Both the position numbers and the translations under genes were made by a program. Of a stretch of 64,000 nucleotides of DNA, positions 48,661-61,400 are shown piece after piece. The stretch spans positions 383,408,001-383,472,000 of the forward strand of contig OZ024741.1 of the NCBI GenBank assembly GCA_964016885.1. The letters are read 5' to 3'. The stretch comes from Eledone cirrhosa (Eukaryota). The notes under the pieces are model-generated. The model saw only the letters and a list, made by a program, of their open reading frames with translations. It was not told the origin of the DNA and ran no database searches. Within the stretch, counting starts at the first letter, position 1. Each line of letters opens with the position of its first letter.

Positions 48661-48889
48661 ATAGGAGCGGTGAAAAACAATTACGCGCAAAGACAGAACC
48701 ACGTTTATGGTATTTTTTGAAAATAAAAATACAAAGGAAATATACAGAATTCCAGGGTCTTCAGCCGTTGAGATGCTGCTTGTCCACTCGGGGTCACAAC
48801 GCCTGACAAAAGCCAAAGCGCTGTCCATGGAGTAAAAGACAATACGGAATGATAACTCATTGAAATTAAGCCATAATATGTACACATGG

Positions 48890-49585
48890 AATTTTATATT
48901 CCCTCAAGGTGAAGGTAATTTTATAGCACCAAGCTTTAGTGTATATACATACATATACATATATATATACATATATACATATATGTATATGTATATATAT
49001 ATATATAAATATAAGTATGTATACGTACATACATATATGTATACAGACGTGCAGTAGTTTGTATATACGTACATACATGCACACATATATACATGTAAGT
49101 ATGGGTTTACCGAACATTTATTATAATGCTCGGTTTGCTTGTAAACAAACAGCCCGAATTATTAGCCGTACAGTGTTCGGCAACCATCGTTGCCATTTTG
49201 TTCAACACTGACAAAGGGACGATGAACTGGTTTCTAGCTTATTAGCTGTCATCAGCACCGTATACCTTCCTGTCAGTCAATTGAACGTTTGAAAGTATAT
49301 ACCCTCCTTATGCATATTAACGGCTGAGCAGCCTAATTTGCATATCGAGTGAGTTAGTCGGCCGCGCGTACCGAAAACGATAAATGGAAAAAAATTAAAT
49401 TTCATTTCTCACTCTTAGTACGGCTGATACTTAAATATAAGTATGTATACGTACATACATATATGTATACAGTCGTAAAGAGTATGTATATACATACATA
49501 CACACATATATATATGTACGTATGGGTTTACCGAACATCTATTATAATGCTCAGTTTGTTTGTAAATAAACAGCCAGAATTATAT
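48890..49585 (-). mobile_element. HHR-bearing non-coding element with a partial direct repeat (pLTR-like)
   Basis: 49007-49160 is repeated at 49433-49582; homologous to 58670-59120. Confidence 0.7.
49220..49260 (-). ncRNA. Minimal hammerhead ribozyme
   Basis: rc: cggtg CTGATGA c agct aata agct a GAAA ccag TT catcg. Confidence 0.8.
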
Positions 49586-49704
49586 ATGTAATCTGACACA
49601 TTAATTCTTCTCTCAGGCTAGTTATTATATAATATTAATTTTGAGGATGCAATTCAAATACCGCAGACAAAATTATTCAATATTTATGGGCCGCATAATG
49701 TAGG

Positions 49705-49852
49705 TAGTAGATTATCGTATCGGTAGAGCATCGGCGTACATGCTTCGTACCATAGAATTGCGTCCCCTTAATGTTCTCAGTTCAAACCCGCCGAGGTCAG
49801 CTTTGCTTTTCAACCTTATTGGCTTGCTGCATTAAAGTACCAGTAATGCACT
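49705..49852 (+). mobile_element. Diverged SINE
   Basis: tatcggtagag, gttcaaacccgccgagg, aaagtaccagtaatgcac. Confidence 0.7.
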
Positions 49853-50065
49853 TAGCTTTGTTCGCGGTGTTTACTAAAGATGATTTTCTGTTGCATTTTG
49901 ATCGTTGCTTCCAGAATGAATTCATTATGTAATTATTTAAATTCAAGTTACTAAATATTTTAAACATAATTTAGATTACGATATAAGTTGCAAACTAGAA
50001 ATATCAGTCAATTCTCTTTCAATAGCCATCTTATATATGTAAAGGGTACACAGAAATAACAACAC

Positions 50066-50265
50066 AATCGTAAAGACCCTCTTCCTGTTATTTTAAGCGT
50101 TAAACTAATATATGGAAGGGATATATTAGGTTAACGCTTAAAATAACAGGAAGAGGGTCTTTACGATTCGGACGCTAGTCCTTCATCAGAAGAAAGAATG
50201 AGAAATAAGACAGATTGAAGGGACGGGCGGGTTAGACGGGTGAGAAGGTGGTGTAAGAAGGTATA
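50066..50265 (-). mobile_element. Small HHR element (same family as 39600-39830) with a ~48-bp fold-back; HHR 50158-50193 has GAAA changed to GAAT
   Basis: rc: tctt CTGATGA a ggac tagc gtcc GAAT cg TA aaga; 50066-50113 mirrors 50121-50168. Confidence 0.75.
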
Positions 50266-53200
50266 TATATATATATCATGGGCTGAGTCATGTACAAACG
50301 AACCAGCCGAAATATCTGTGTGGTCTAGTCTACGTAAATGATAAATGAGTTCTGTATTAGAATGTTTTGTTTTGATATTTTTTTCTGATTATTTTCAGTT
50401 TATATTGTAAAATGCAAATAGTTTGTAAATCCATATCGTTTGAAATTGCAGCTCTATCAAATATTGTATCCAGTTGAACATTTTGTCGTTTGTATGGTTA
50501 TATATATATAACTATAAATTATTTTATTTCGTACGTGAAACTCAGAAAATGTTGTTTTTTTATTATATTTCTAAATTGTCTATAATTTTATACTCAATAT
50601 CGTCAAACCTACGTCAGAAGCTCGTTAACGATGGAATTATCCTAAACTGTCATGTGAAAAATAGCCATCTTATATTGCGATATGAAATAAAGGTGGCAAA
50701 TTCATGTGAGCAAATTCATCAAGTAACGATGAAAAACTCAAAATGACTGTGATGAACAGTAGTTTTAGCTTTAGGTATGCTATCTGTCTCACTAGACATC
50801 TGGCTGCAAACTAAAAAACATCTTATTTTCAAGATTATTTTAGTGCGATGATAAGAACAATCCTTCACTTAACAAGTCGTTGTGATTATAAAATAACGCG
50901 ATGCACGAGAAATTGGTTTTCATCTATTCAATCAGTAGGGTCTTTTCACATGTCCAACGCGATGAGAACTACAAAGAAGACAAATCATTGTTATCTAATT
51001 TGCGCTTTTGTTACTTTTATTATTGATCCTGTTAACAAAATGCTCAGTATTCGAAAAATAGAGAGACATAACGTAAGCTATATTTAAATCAAAATATTCA
51101 ATTGTAAATTTAAATATATCTATATTTAGTAATGTATTGTATGATTTATTGTGTTTCTTTCTCACACTCTTTTCATCAGCCCCCCCCCCCCCCCCCCCGC
51201 AGAGACGCATTCTCTAAATTTTAGATAGCATTCTCTTAAATATAAAACAAATAGGTATTTTTAAGTTCAAAAATAGATTAACGTAAATAAAAATAATCTG
51301 CGATTAAAGCGAATATGATACAATAAAAAATCAGCATTAATAAGAAAAATAACATGTCAGAAATATTATGATAACGAAATGAAATAAATATTGCAAGAAA
51401 AACCAGCAACGCCTTCTCCGAGTTTCATTTATGTCTCGTCTAATCAGTTGTTTTGTTTGTTTTCCCTTTCGTTTTTCTTTTACGTAGATAAGTAAAGATG
51501 GCTACAGAGGCGTATGCCTGTGTGAAGTCAGAGCAATTTGCTTTCGTTTATAAGCGTACATTTTGATAAACAAAAAACAAGTAACGATGATTATCTTGAC
51601 ACGACTAGCAGACATAACTTCGTTTTGAATATAGAGGTTAAATAGAAATAGAAGTAGCTAAAAACGGTCAAAGTTCGTGATAATTGAGGTGAATTAGTTG
51701 TCATCTAAATCAACAATACTCAAATTTCAATATAAAAATTTAAATAAATAAGTTTAATAAAACTGAGTGGCTAACAACGACGTATTGTGTGGGAAGAGAT
51801 TGCAATTCATTTTAAAAGCATAGCTTCAGGAAAACTAAAAACATCGTAACCTTTTTATCAGTTGATTTTGTTAAGATATTTATCTGGATGAACCTTTTCC
51901 CTGCCAGCTATTTGGAAAATGACAGGATCAATAATAACTGTCTAAAGTTAAATTAGATTACAATTATTGAAAGTATTTAGCACTTTAGGACGAAGAGAAT
52001 TTTTAGATAGCAAGAAATAGTTTGTGCCACGTTCATGCATTTCCCAAGAGTGATGGTTACATAGGTATTTGGGGTAGACTAAATACGTCACTAGATTTAA
52101 CACCTTGGATGTCATTGGTGGAATCCATTCTGTTGCACATAATCTGCCTAACGTTAACTACATACACTTCTTCCACCAGTCAAGAAAGATCTTAAAGTGT
52201 CACATGCTCTGTCTTCTTCCATTGACTAAACCCCTATAAACAAAAGAGAGAAGGAAATTGTCATCAGTCGAGAATCAAAAAAGGTTGAGCTTAATAAGTA
52301 AATAATATTTTATTGGGTAAACAGCAGAATCCGAAGAAACAATTCATGAATTCATTGACAAATAATAATATAAATAAAAAATTAAATAAATAAGTAAATA
52401 AATAAGTAAATAAATAAATAAATAAAGTAAAAGTGAAAGTGCTGTCTTGTGTTTCGGACAGCATCCTTCGTAAGGGAGAAAAGAAGTATTGACATTTCAT
52501 CATTCACTCAACAAAAAGCAATATTACTGTTATATAAAACAGTAGAATCCGAGCAAAACCAATGATATTCTGTGGTAGCAAAATGTAATAGAAATAATTC
52601 CAACAAGGAATAAATGTTTTGCACTGAGGAAGAAAGGAAATCTTAGATTTTGGACATGATCGGAAATAGACAAACTATACTAGAGTTGGTTGATGGGAAA
52701 AATAGGGTATATTGTTAAATATTTCTTGCCTCGATTAGTGTGACTCAGAATATAACAACTATTTTCTTAAATTCGACGAATAAATTCGACACCTGCAATA
52801 GTATTTCATAGACAAGAGATGTATGAAAATATATATTTCCTTATTACTTCTTTATAATTTGCATTGATAAATTTCCAAACCTTATGAATATTACGAAACT
52901 TCCTCGATAATATATATTGGAAGAAATCATGTTTGTATTAGTTGTTATTGATGTTTAATATATCATAAACAAGATTCATGTTAACTAGCAGTGTATCGCG
53001 GCGTTGCACGGGTAAGAACATTGGTAATAACACCTCCAATGAGAAACGTTTTTTTGTGAGTGCCTGTTAAAACTCACTAAAATATACCGACAGGAAACTT
53101 GTTTTATTTGGAGAAAATTAAGAAGTTGAAAGTACAGTTTAGCTGTCTACGTGCATTGTTCACAGAAATATTGTTGAGCCCCTTCTTTTCATACTACTTC

Positions 53201-54154
53201 TGTGACAGTTATCCCCTGGCGTTTCCACTCTGTTTTGGCCTATTGGAGTAAATGTGAAAGAGAAAGTCACAGGTTAAGTTGGCAGAAGGTTCCAATGTCA
53301 TAGCAGTAAGGCATAGGCTACTTACCTCAAAAGTTCATTCGCACTCTTTCCACTAAGTTACTCTTTCTCTCTATCCCTCTCAGTGCAGTCCCTTGCGAAT
53401 TTCTCGCGTAGGCCTGGTGTAGATTTGCTCCCGATCCATCTGCCCGATGCACATGTCCGTTTCGTACGGCTTTTGGATGAATGAGAGGCCAGCAGTACGT
53501 TGTTTGGTATTATTATGAAAAGGTGTAGCAGAGAATCCCGCGTGAACTAACAGCTCGGGAGGAAACTGCTTACCTCGAAAATTCATTCGCCATCGTTCTT
53601 GTCAACGCTTCGTTTAGTTGGTATTTGTTGGTCTACAGTTACATGAATGGCGCACAAAGGGTTAATGTTTGTTGGTAAGAAGTTTAATAAAAGATGGGTT
53701 AAAGCGACCTACAATGTATCATTCTGCGTTGATGTTAGCGGTTTTTGTTAGTATCAATGGGTTTATTGAACGGCAAATTCGAGACCCTTCTGGTTCTCCC
53801 TCACTAAACTGACTACTATGAAGACCATCCCATGTTGGCCTGCGGATGGAAATTCAGAACGCAAAGGTGAAAGTTTAGTGGTAATGGGAGTCCCATGTAG
53901 CAGCAGTAACATTGATATTGCTTACAACGTGTGATTTCACCCTTAACGGGATTTCTGAAACTAAAAAAAATCAATCTGTGAACACAGAAGTAAATATTTC
54001 GAAAAACGTTGCAACCGAAAGAAAACAGGAAGATGATACTTTGGTTCGTGAAGACGTTCCCTGGCAATGAACGGAAAATAGCGAAGAAAATACGTCATCA
54101 ATGAGAACAATGTTTGTCATAATGTCGTAATACAGACAGCCAAGCATACAGACA

Positions 54155-55010
54155 TCTATATATATAAAACTGAGGTTGTCTGTCTGTCTATCGATTTTTG
54201 GCACACATCTCCTCTTAGAATCTCTCACGGAATTGCACCGAAATTGCTATACTTGTACAATGAGCCCTAGCGAAGACATCGGAAAAAAAATATTTCAAAT
54301 TGACCCGCCCTATCTGACGAAATCGAATATAATGTATCGATTTTTGAGCGTAAGTGATCAGTTATTTCCCTTTGTTCTGTTTACATTGAGCGTCTGCGTG
54401 CAAAAATTAAAAAAATTACGCTGGCTTTCTCAACGTTTAAAATGACATTAACACAATACACGATTTAAAGACTACGTAAAACAAGCCTTTTAAAACAATA
54501 TGTTTACTTGAAAACAAGTCTATTTAAAAACTACTTAAAACAAGCAAATATTTCGTAAAAAAAAGCAAAAATTATATAAGTTTATTTAAAATATATGTAT
54601 CTGTAAATTTCGTTAGGCGTGCAGACAGACAGTCGTGCAGAGAGGTGATATAGGCGTGCAGACAGACAGTCGTGCAGAGAGGTGATATAGGCGTGCAGAC
54701 AGACATAACTGATAATTTGGTTACGCTAATGTTTTTCTCTGCGTTGCAGTGTTTACATTTTCGATCTTTGTTAATAAATAACCAGTGCAGTTTTTATCTC
54801 CAGCATCCTCTTTTGTTATAACATTCGGGTTATCGTTATGTTTTCTTAACTTCATAAGGCATATTGTTGGTTGAGGGAATATTAATCAAAAACACCACAT
54901 GCAAGTCTGCACAGTAGACACTACAGTTTTTAAGCCAAAAAGGAAACTTAACATTGTAACTTTAACACAGCTACTGAGCGACCCCGAGCAACGCCGGGCT
55001 TTACTGCTAG
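54155..55010 (+). mobile_element. Complete non-autonomous Helitron inserted at an A|T site
   Basis: A|TCtatatatataaaactgagg...cccgagcaacgccggg..CTAG|T. Confidence 0.9.
54614..54704. repeat. 37-bp tandem repeat, about 2.5 copies
   Basis: taggcgtgcagacagacagtcgtgcagagaggtgata. Confidence 0.9.
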
Positions 55011-55411
55011 TATATTATAAAGACACGGCGTTATAGCTATGTATCTACCTAAAACGACAGACTAAGAAAGACAGAGAGATCAATAACCGGCGCCTAACAC
55101 CCCTTTGACAACAGAAAATAGAAAAATAAAAGCTGCAGTTGATATCTTTAGACCGCAAGGAATATATAAATGCAAGTTTGAAGTCAGTCGGAGTAGAAAT
55201 GTGGATTTGTATAGACTCTGCAAAAATTAGGACACACACACAGACACAGAAATTTCAGTTTTATATATATGTATAGATTACACTCTATAGGTTTCCTATT
55301 CAACAAACTTGTGAGAGTTAGCGGTTAACATTGGAAAGTACTTTAGCTCTAGTGACTTGTGAATAGTGTGTCCCTATTTTCTTTTCTTTTCATTATATAT
55401 TGCTATAGTAA

Positions 55412-55629
55412 GGGCAGTAGATTGGCAGTATCGGTAGAGAGTCGGACGCCATGCTTTTCAGCATAGAGTTTCGGCCCTTTATGGTCTGAGTTCAAATCCC
55501 GCCGAGTTTAACTTTGCCTTTCATCCTTATGGGGTCGATAAAATAAAGTACCAGTCACGGACTGGGGTCGATTTAATCGACTTTCCCCTTCCCCCAAATT
55601 ACTGGCATTGTGCCTATATAAGAAACCAT
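55412..55629 (+). mobile_element. SINE, longer 3' variant
   Basis: Family match plus extra ggggtcgatttaatcgactttccccttccccc. Confidence 0.85.
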
Positions 55630-56389
55630 TTTATATTGCTATAGTATTTGTCATGGTGGATTTGTGCTCGTTAGAAATCGTTATTATCGATTTTATATTT
55701 CATGTTCTATAATCTAGGATTTTGTTTTCAACAGATGGTTTTCTATCCAATTTTGTTATGTAAATGTATCACAAGGGTCCCTTCTTGCAGAAACATAATC
55801 ATTTCATGTGAGAATATATGTCGAAGATTGCAATTAGAATCATAACGTTTACAACTTTTCCTTTTGAATATGAATAGCATTAGTCACCTAAACTTCATTC
55901 AGTGACCTGTAGGCTTCTGATGAGCAGGCATTGAGTTTTTGTAATATATAATTAATGCTAGTTTGTGATTGGGTGTAATGAATATTGCATTCTGTTTGAT
56001 GAATTTCCGTTTAACGATATGCTTTATGTAATGTGTTCCTGTAGACTATAATCAGTTTACATTTCTTTGATGTAATTCTATTTATGTGTGAGATTTATTT
56101 TTTCTTCTTTTCTTTTTCTTTCTTTTGCTTTTTTATGTTTTATGCGTTATATTTATAGTTTGAATTTGTTTCTACATATAAAGCATTGGTTATAAAAACC
56201 AACGTCAGACGAGCATTTAAATTCTCAACAAGAAAAGGGTGACAAGATATATGCTAATAGAATAAAACGGTACTATACCAGTATATAACAATAGAGAAAC
56301 AAAACAAGCTCAATAAATATAAACGACAAAATACAGTAAAAACAAATAAATCACAAGGCAATACAATTACAATACATTATATTACACAA

Positions 56390-56772
56390 TGGATTGGCAG
56401 TATCGGTAGAGGATCGGACGCCATGCTTTCCAGCATAGTTACGTCCCTTTACAATCTGAGTTCAAATCCCGCCGAGGTTGACTTTGCCTTTCATCCTTAC
56501 GGGGTCGATAAAATAAAGTACCAGTAATGCACTGGGTAATTGCTTGCCTTGTGCCTAAAGTAGAAACAATTATATTACACAATAGGCGGTGGATTGGCAG
56601 TATCAGTATAGGGTCGGACGCCATGCTTTCCAGCATAGTTACGTCCCTTTACGATCTGAGTTCAAATCCCGCCGAGGTTAACTTTGCCTTTCATCCTTAC
56701 GGGGTCGATAAAATAAAGTACCAGTAATGCACTGGGTAATTGCTGGCCTTGTGCCTAAAGTAGAAACAATTA
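56390..56772 (+). mobile_element. Head-to-tail SINE dimer
   Basis: Near-identical copies 56390-56572 and 56584-56772; attacacaat before, between and after. Confidence 0.9.
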
Positions 56773-57449
56773 TATTACACAATACAAAAGATAATGACAT
56801 AGGAAAATATTTGTTGATAACGCAACAATCTTATACAGAATTCCAACCCGAGATAATATATTAGATTAGTCATAGAAACTGTATTAGAGAAAAAACTGAG
56901 GCAAAATACAGCACAAAGATACCGCACGGCAACAACAACAAAACATACTGTAGACACTGATCAGATTATTTCCTGATTAGTTAAGACAGACTAATATTAA
57001 TAATCAGATGGTATTAAGTCCGGGGACAACAAATGAGAAACAGAAATTATATTATTCCCATGATTCTCTCACCTGCAATAATTCTAAGTTTGACAAACAA
57101 GACATGACCATGAATGTATGTATACACAATTACATACACACCTGAATGTGAATATATATACATATGAATGTTCTAGTGACAGATCTTGTGTATGTGCAAG
57201 TGCCTATGCGTACTATTATCTGGTGCTGCATATTCGCGGTCACGCCCGGTTTCGCGTATGCGCACTTGCTTCCTGTCTTTAAAAAAATTACTTGTTTCCC
57301 TTCCAGCCGAGACTGAAATCCTAAATATGACACCAAGCTATCTACACGTTCCCACACAACATACAATAATCAACTATACTTGTTTCTACTGAGAATTTTT
57401 AATATATTTATGCTACTTTCTGCATTGCTTGTTTTACTAATTGCTTTAA

Positions 57450-57628
57450 ATAATTGTTTCTACTTTAGGCACAAGACCAGCAATTACCAGTGTATTACTG
57501 GTACTTTATTTTATCGACCCCGTAAGGATGAAAGGCAAAATCAACCTCGGCGGGATTTGAACTCAGAATGGCAAGGGCCGTAACACTGTGTCAAAGCATG
57601 GTGTCCGACCCTCTACCGATACTGCCAA
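57450..57628 (-). mobile_element. tRNA-derived SINE
   Basis: Family match. Confidence 0.85.
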
Positions 57629-58334
57629 TTTTTTTTCAATAAAGAAAATCGTTGACTTGTAGGTGGACGAGTGTAATAGTGAATATTTATAATATATTGA
57701 TAACAATTTCAACCAGGGAATTTGTGCATGCGCATTTACGTCGGGTCTTCTGTAAGTGCACTAACATCAAGTCTTTCGCATGCGCATTCACCTCCGGTCT
57801 TGCGCATATGCACTAGCGTCTGGTCTTGAGCAAGTACTCTACAATATAATCTTGGTCATATATATACAAGCTTGGGTTTTGTGACGGCATGCACAATATA
57901 GTAAAGGTCTCATGTGTGTGTATGTGTGTGTGTGTATGTGTGTGAGTGTGTGTGTGTGTGTGTATGTGCGTGTGTGTGTGAATGTGCTGCAATATCATTA
58001 CATATCTACGTGTAGCTTTGAGCTGTTTAGTTGCGAAACACTTATCAGGCAAGTATGCAAATACAAACCTGTAAAATTGTAATCTCGTTCTTTTATTTGT
58101 TTAATATAAACTCTCTGTGGCTGACAGCATAAATTCCACAAATTTCAATAGCTAATATCCAAATTTCCTGACCTGATAGATTACTGAAAATGGTAACGCT
58201 AAACAACATCCACACATTCGGTCGTTCCATTCAATCAAGAAAAGAAAAGGTTTTTTCACAGAAATTTGTAGATTATATTTAATTTAAAGATTTTTTGAGG
58301 AAGTTGCAATGTTTTCATGTTTTTATAGGTTTTG

Positions 58335-58389
58335 CCGTCTGAAGAGCTCAGGCTATCATAAGTGATAGTCAGTGAAACATGTGTAATGG
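58335..58389 (+). ncRNA. Hammerhead ribozyme with a moderately extended stem II
   Basis: ccgt CTGAAGA gct ca ggctatca taag tgatagtc agt GAAA catgtg TA atgg; AATAAA just downstream. Confidence 0.78.
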
Positions 58390-58567
58390 AGTATTAAATA
58401 AAACGGAATCATCTGATTATGGGCTCCTAGCTATTAATACTATATAATGATCCGAGTTGTACCATGTATTCAGGTCGTTGACCGCTTCTTTTCATCTGCT
58501 TCATAGCCGACCGACCATAATGTGGTCCGCACATCCCTGGCCGGTTAACCCCATATTCTAATATATT

Positions 58568-58615
<48 letters not shown>

Positions 58616-58624
58616 AATATATTA

Positions 58625-58669
<45 letters not shown>

Positions 58670-58671
<2 letters not shown>

Positions 58672-59125
58672 GGAATAGAATGAAACGAAATTTCATTTCT
58701 CACTCTTAGTACGGCAGTTACATAAATGTAAGTATGGATGTATGTATACGTACATACATATATGTATACAGACGTACAGTAGTATGTATATATATACATA
58801 CATGCACACATATATATATATATGCACGTATCGGTTTACCGAACATTTATTATAATGCTTAGTTTGTTTGTAAACAAACAAACAGCCCGAATTACGCCGT
58901 ACAGTGTTTAGGCAACCACGTCACCTTTTTGTTCAACACTGACACAGGAACGATGTACTAGTTTCAAGCTTATTAGCTATCGTCAGCATCGTATACCTTC
59001 CTGCCAGATGGTTGAACGTCTGAAAGTATATACTATTCTATTTATCGATTTCGGTGCGCCCAGCCCACTAAACTCACTCGATATGCAAATTAGGCTGTTC
59101 AGCCGTTAATATGCATAAGCTGTTA
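58670..59125 (-). mobile_element. HHR-bearing non-coding element between (TA)n tracts
   Basis: Homologous to 48890-49585 and 44748-45090. Confidence 0.72.
58950..58992 (-). ncRNA. Minimal hammerhead ribozyme
   Basis: rc: acgatg CTGACGA t agct aata agct t GAAA ctag TA catcgt. Confidence 0.85.
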
Positions 59126-59128
59126 ATA

Positions 59129-59164
<36 letters not shown>

Positions 59165-59169
<5 letters not shown>

Positions 59170-59965
59170 GTGGTTACACAACAGTTAGTTCACCATACCG
59201 AGATCAATTGTTTCACCTTAGCGGATCTTCAGCTCAGAATATGCATCGTTATAGGAACAGGAAGGACAACCGTACGAACGCGCATGCGCAGAACCGGGTC
59301 ACCTCACATAGCCAATACTAGACTGCGAAAGTCCGAAAAGTTTTTAGGTTGAAAATAAAATTACAAAGAATCAGTCCGGAACCTTGTAGTTATGCAATAG
59401 GTGTTTGGTGACGTGTGGACAACGTGTGAATGGCGGAGGGCCGATTCAAGTACGTTTCCTGAACCACCAGTCTACCTTCAGATACCCGGACAGACGTTCA
59501 TCCACGAAACTCGCGAGCCACGTATGGTCCCTCAAGGACTCAAGTACAGACTACTCCATTGAATGGAAAGTCATCACTAAATCCAAACCATAGGCAAGAA
59601 GAAATCCGACGTGTAGCTTATGTATTGACGAATGAATAACTATTCTAAAGAGATTACGCAATAGTGATTGCCTAAACACGAGGAGTGAATTTTTCACACG
59701 TTGTCCACACGTCGCCAAACACCTATTGCATAACTACAAGGCTCCGGACTGATTCTTTGTAATTTTATTTTCAACCTAAAAACTTGTGCGTTGGTACAGT
59801 TGTCCTTCCTGTTCCTATAACCATGCCCATTCCGAGCTGAAGATCCGCTAAGGTGAAACAATTGTTCTCTGTATGGTGAACTAACTGTTGTGTAACCACT
59901 TCTACCTAACTCGTCCCTTGGACCGAGTGCTCTACCACTACGAATATTACCTTCCAGTGTTTCAC

Positions 59966-59968
<3 letters not shown>
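59165..59968 (+). mobile_element. 5'-truncated PLE with GIY-YIG remnant and inverted pLTR, inside (TA)n
   Basis: RFLNHQSTF..SSTKLASHVWSLKD..EWKVI..CSLCIDE..CLNTRSEFF.RCPH; 59165-59277 and 59340-59427 mirror 59793-59905 and 59695-59783. Confidence 0.85.
59834..59869 (+). ncRNA. Minimal hammerhead; inverted copy at 59200-59235
   Basis: gag CTGAAGA t cc gctaa gg t GAAA caattg TT ctc. Confidence 0.75.
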
Positions 59969-60012
<44 letters not shown>

Positions 60013-60018
<6 letters not shown>

Positions 60019-60098
60019 GAAGGAGCTTCTACAGGACTAGTACTGTTTCATTCAGATGAATGAAACAGTACTAGTCCTGTAGAAGCTCCTTCTATAAA
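60013..60098. repeat. Perfect hairpin with 42-bp arms and a 2-nt loop, at the 5' end of a TA-flanked mini-element (to ~60175)
   Basis: tttatagaaggagcttctacaggactagtactgtttcattca GA exact reverse complement. Confidence 0.95.
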
Positions 60099-60289
60099 AT
60101 AAAAAAATGTTACTCTGCCATGTATTGAGTACCTTACTTACTGTGGTTATCCCCGACTCAACCCGGGACCTACGTATATATATATATATATAACGGTCGT
60201 TTTGGAAGCATCTACAATGCAGCTGGGTAAATCTCCGGGTAACAAAATACAGGTGCCAGTAGGAAGAAGGAAGAGAAATGTAGAAAGAA

Positions 60290-61400
60290 GCTCCGTGCTA
60301 CACCCACACATCTCTCCTCGCTGACCTCGATACTTGTAGCTGAGAAGCAGCCGAGGAGATATGCAACGTCAAGTTTGACGATATTGGATGGCAACAGGTC
60401 ACTTTACCTGTTAGGTATGGTGGCCTTGGCCTCCGGTCCCCGATCTCGCTGGTTTTGCCGGCGTATCTTTCGTCGGTAACCTTGGGCCGCGTCCACGTCA
60501 GCAGGGTTCTTCAAAAGACAATACAACCCTCTGTGTTCAGAGAACGTGAGGCCACCTGTGAGACGTGGGACCGGCTGGGACTTAGCCCAGTAGACGTCCC
60601 TCCTCCTTTTCCCCCTATTGAAGTCAAGTCCCACCAAAGCACTTGGGATGCCATCCAGCGCAGCCTGGCCTCAGACAGGCTCACGCGCCAGCTCCACCAG
60701 CATCATCTTGCCTGCTTTTGTGCGGCCTCTAAACCCCACAGTGGTGCCTGGCTCCATGCCCTGCCCTCCTTCTCCACTGGCACGCAGCTAGACAACAATA
60801 ACCTGCGCATCGGCGTTTCCTTGAGGCTCGGCCTCCGGATCTGCGAGCCACACCAATGTCACTGCGGATCCACCGTGGACTCTTTCGGCCTACCCCCGCT
60901 TTTCTGTCGCCACAGTGCCGGCCGCCTTCCACGCCATGCTGCCCTCAACGAGGTCGTAAAGCATGGCTTGGACGCTGCGAGCTTCCCTTCTCAGCTCGAG
61001 CCGGTGGGGTTGGATCGAGGGGACGGCAAAAGGCCAGATGGCAAGACCATCTTGCCTTTCCGCGGTGGCAAACCACTCGTCTGGGATGCTACTTGCACTG
61101 ACACTTTCTGCAGCCGCAACCTGGTGCAGTCGGCGACTAACCCAGGTTCTGCTGCACGTCGGGCTGAGGAGGCCAAGCTCCTCAAATACGGTCGCTCTCC
61201 GTCAGGTTTGCGGCTGAACCCCTGGCAGTGGAGACTTCTGCTGCCCTTGGCCCTAGAGCTACCTCTGTACTCACCACCATAGGCGCTGAGCTGGCCAGCC
61301 GCAGGTGTGAACCCCGCGAGTTAGAGTGGCTTTTCCAGCCCGTCTCTCTTTCCGTCTTCCGTGGGAACGCCTTCTCCATCCTGTCCGAGGCTGAGGGGCG
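60290..61400 (+). mobile_element. CRE-like (RLE-endonuclease) non-LTR retrotransposon 3' fragment, frameshifted
   Basis: LPVRYGGLGLR..LPAYLSS, SGAWLHALP, LRLGL, C.CG, RHAALN, RPDG, LVWDATCTDT, AVET, RGNA. Confidence 0.8.

Larger units (their letters stand above)
52985..55277 (-). mobile_element. Non-autonomous Helitron interrupted by a nested Helitron
   Basis: 5' TCtatacatatatataaaactg at 55277; 3' cccgtgcaacgccgcg..CTAG then T at 52985. Confidence 0.75.
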
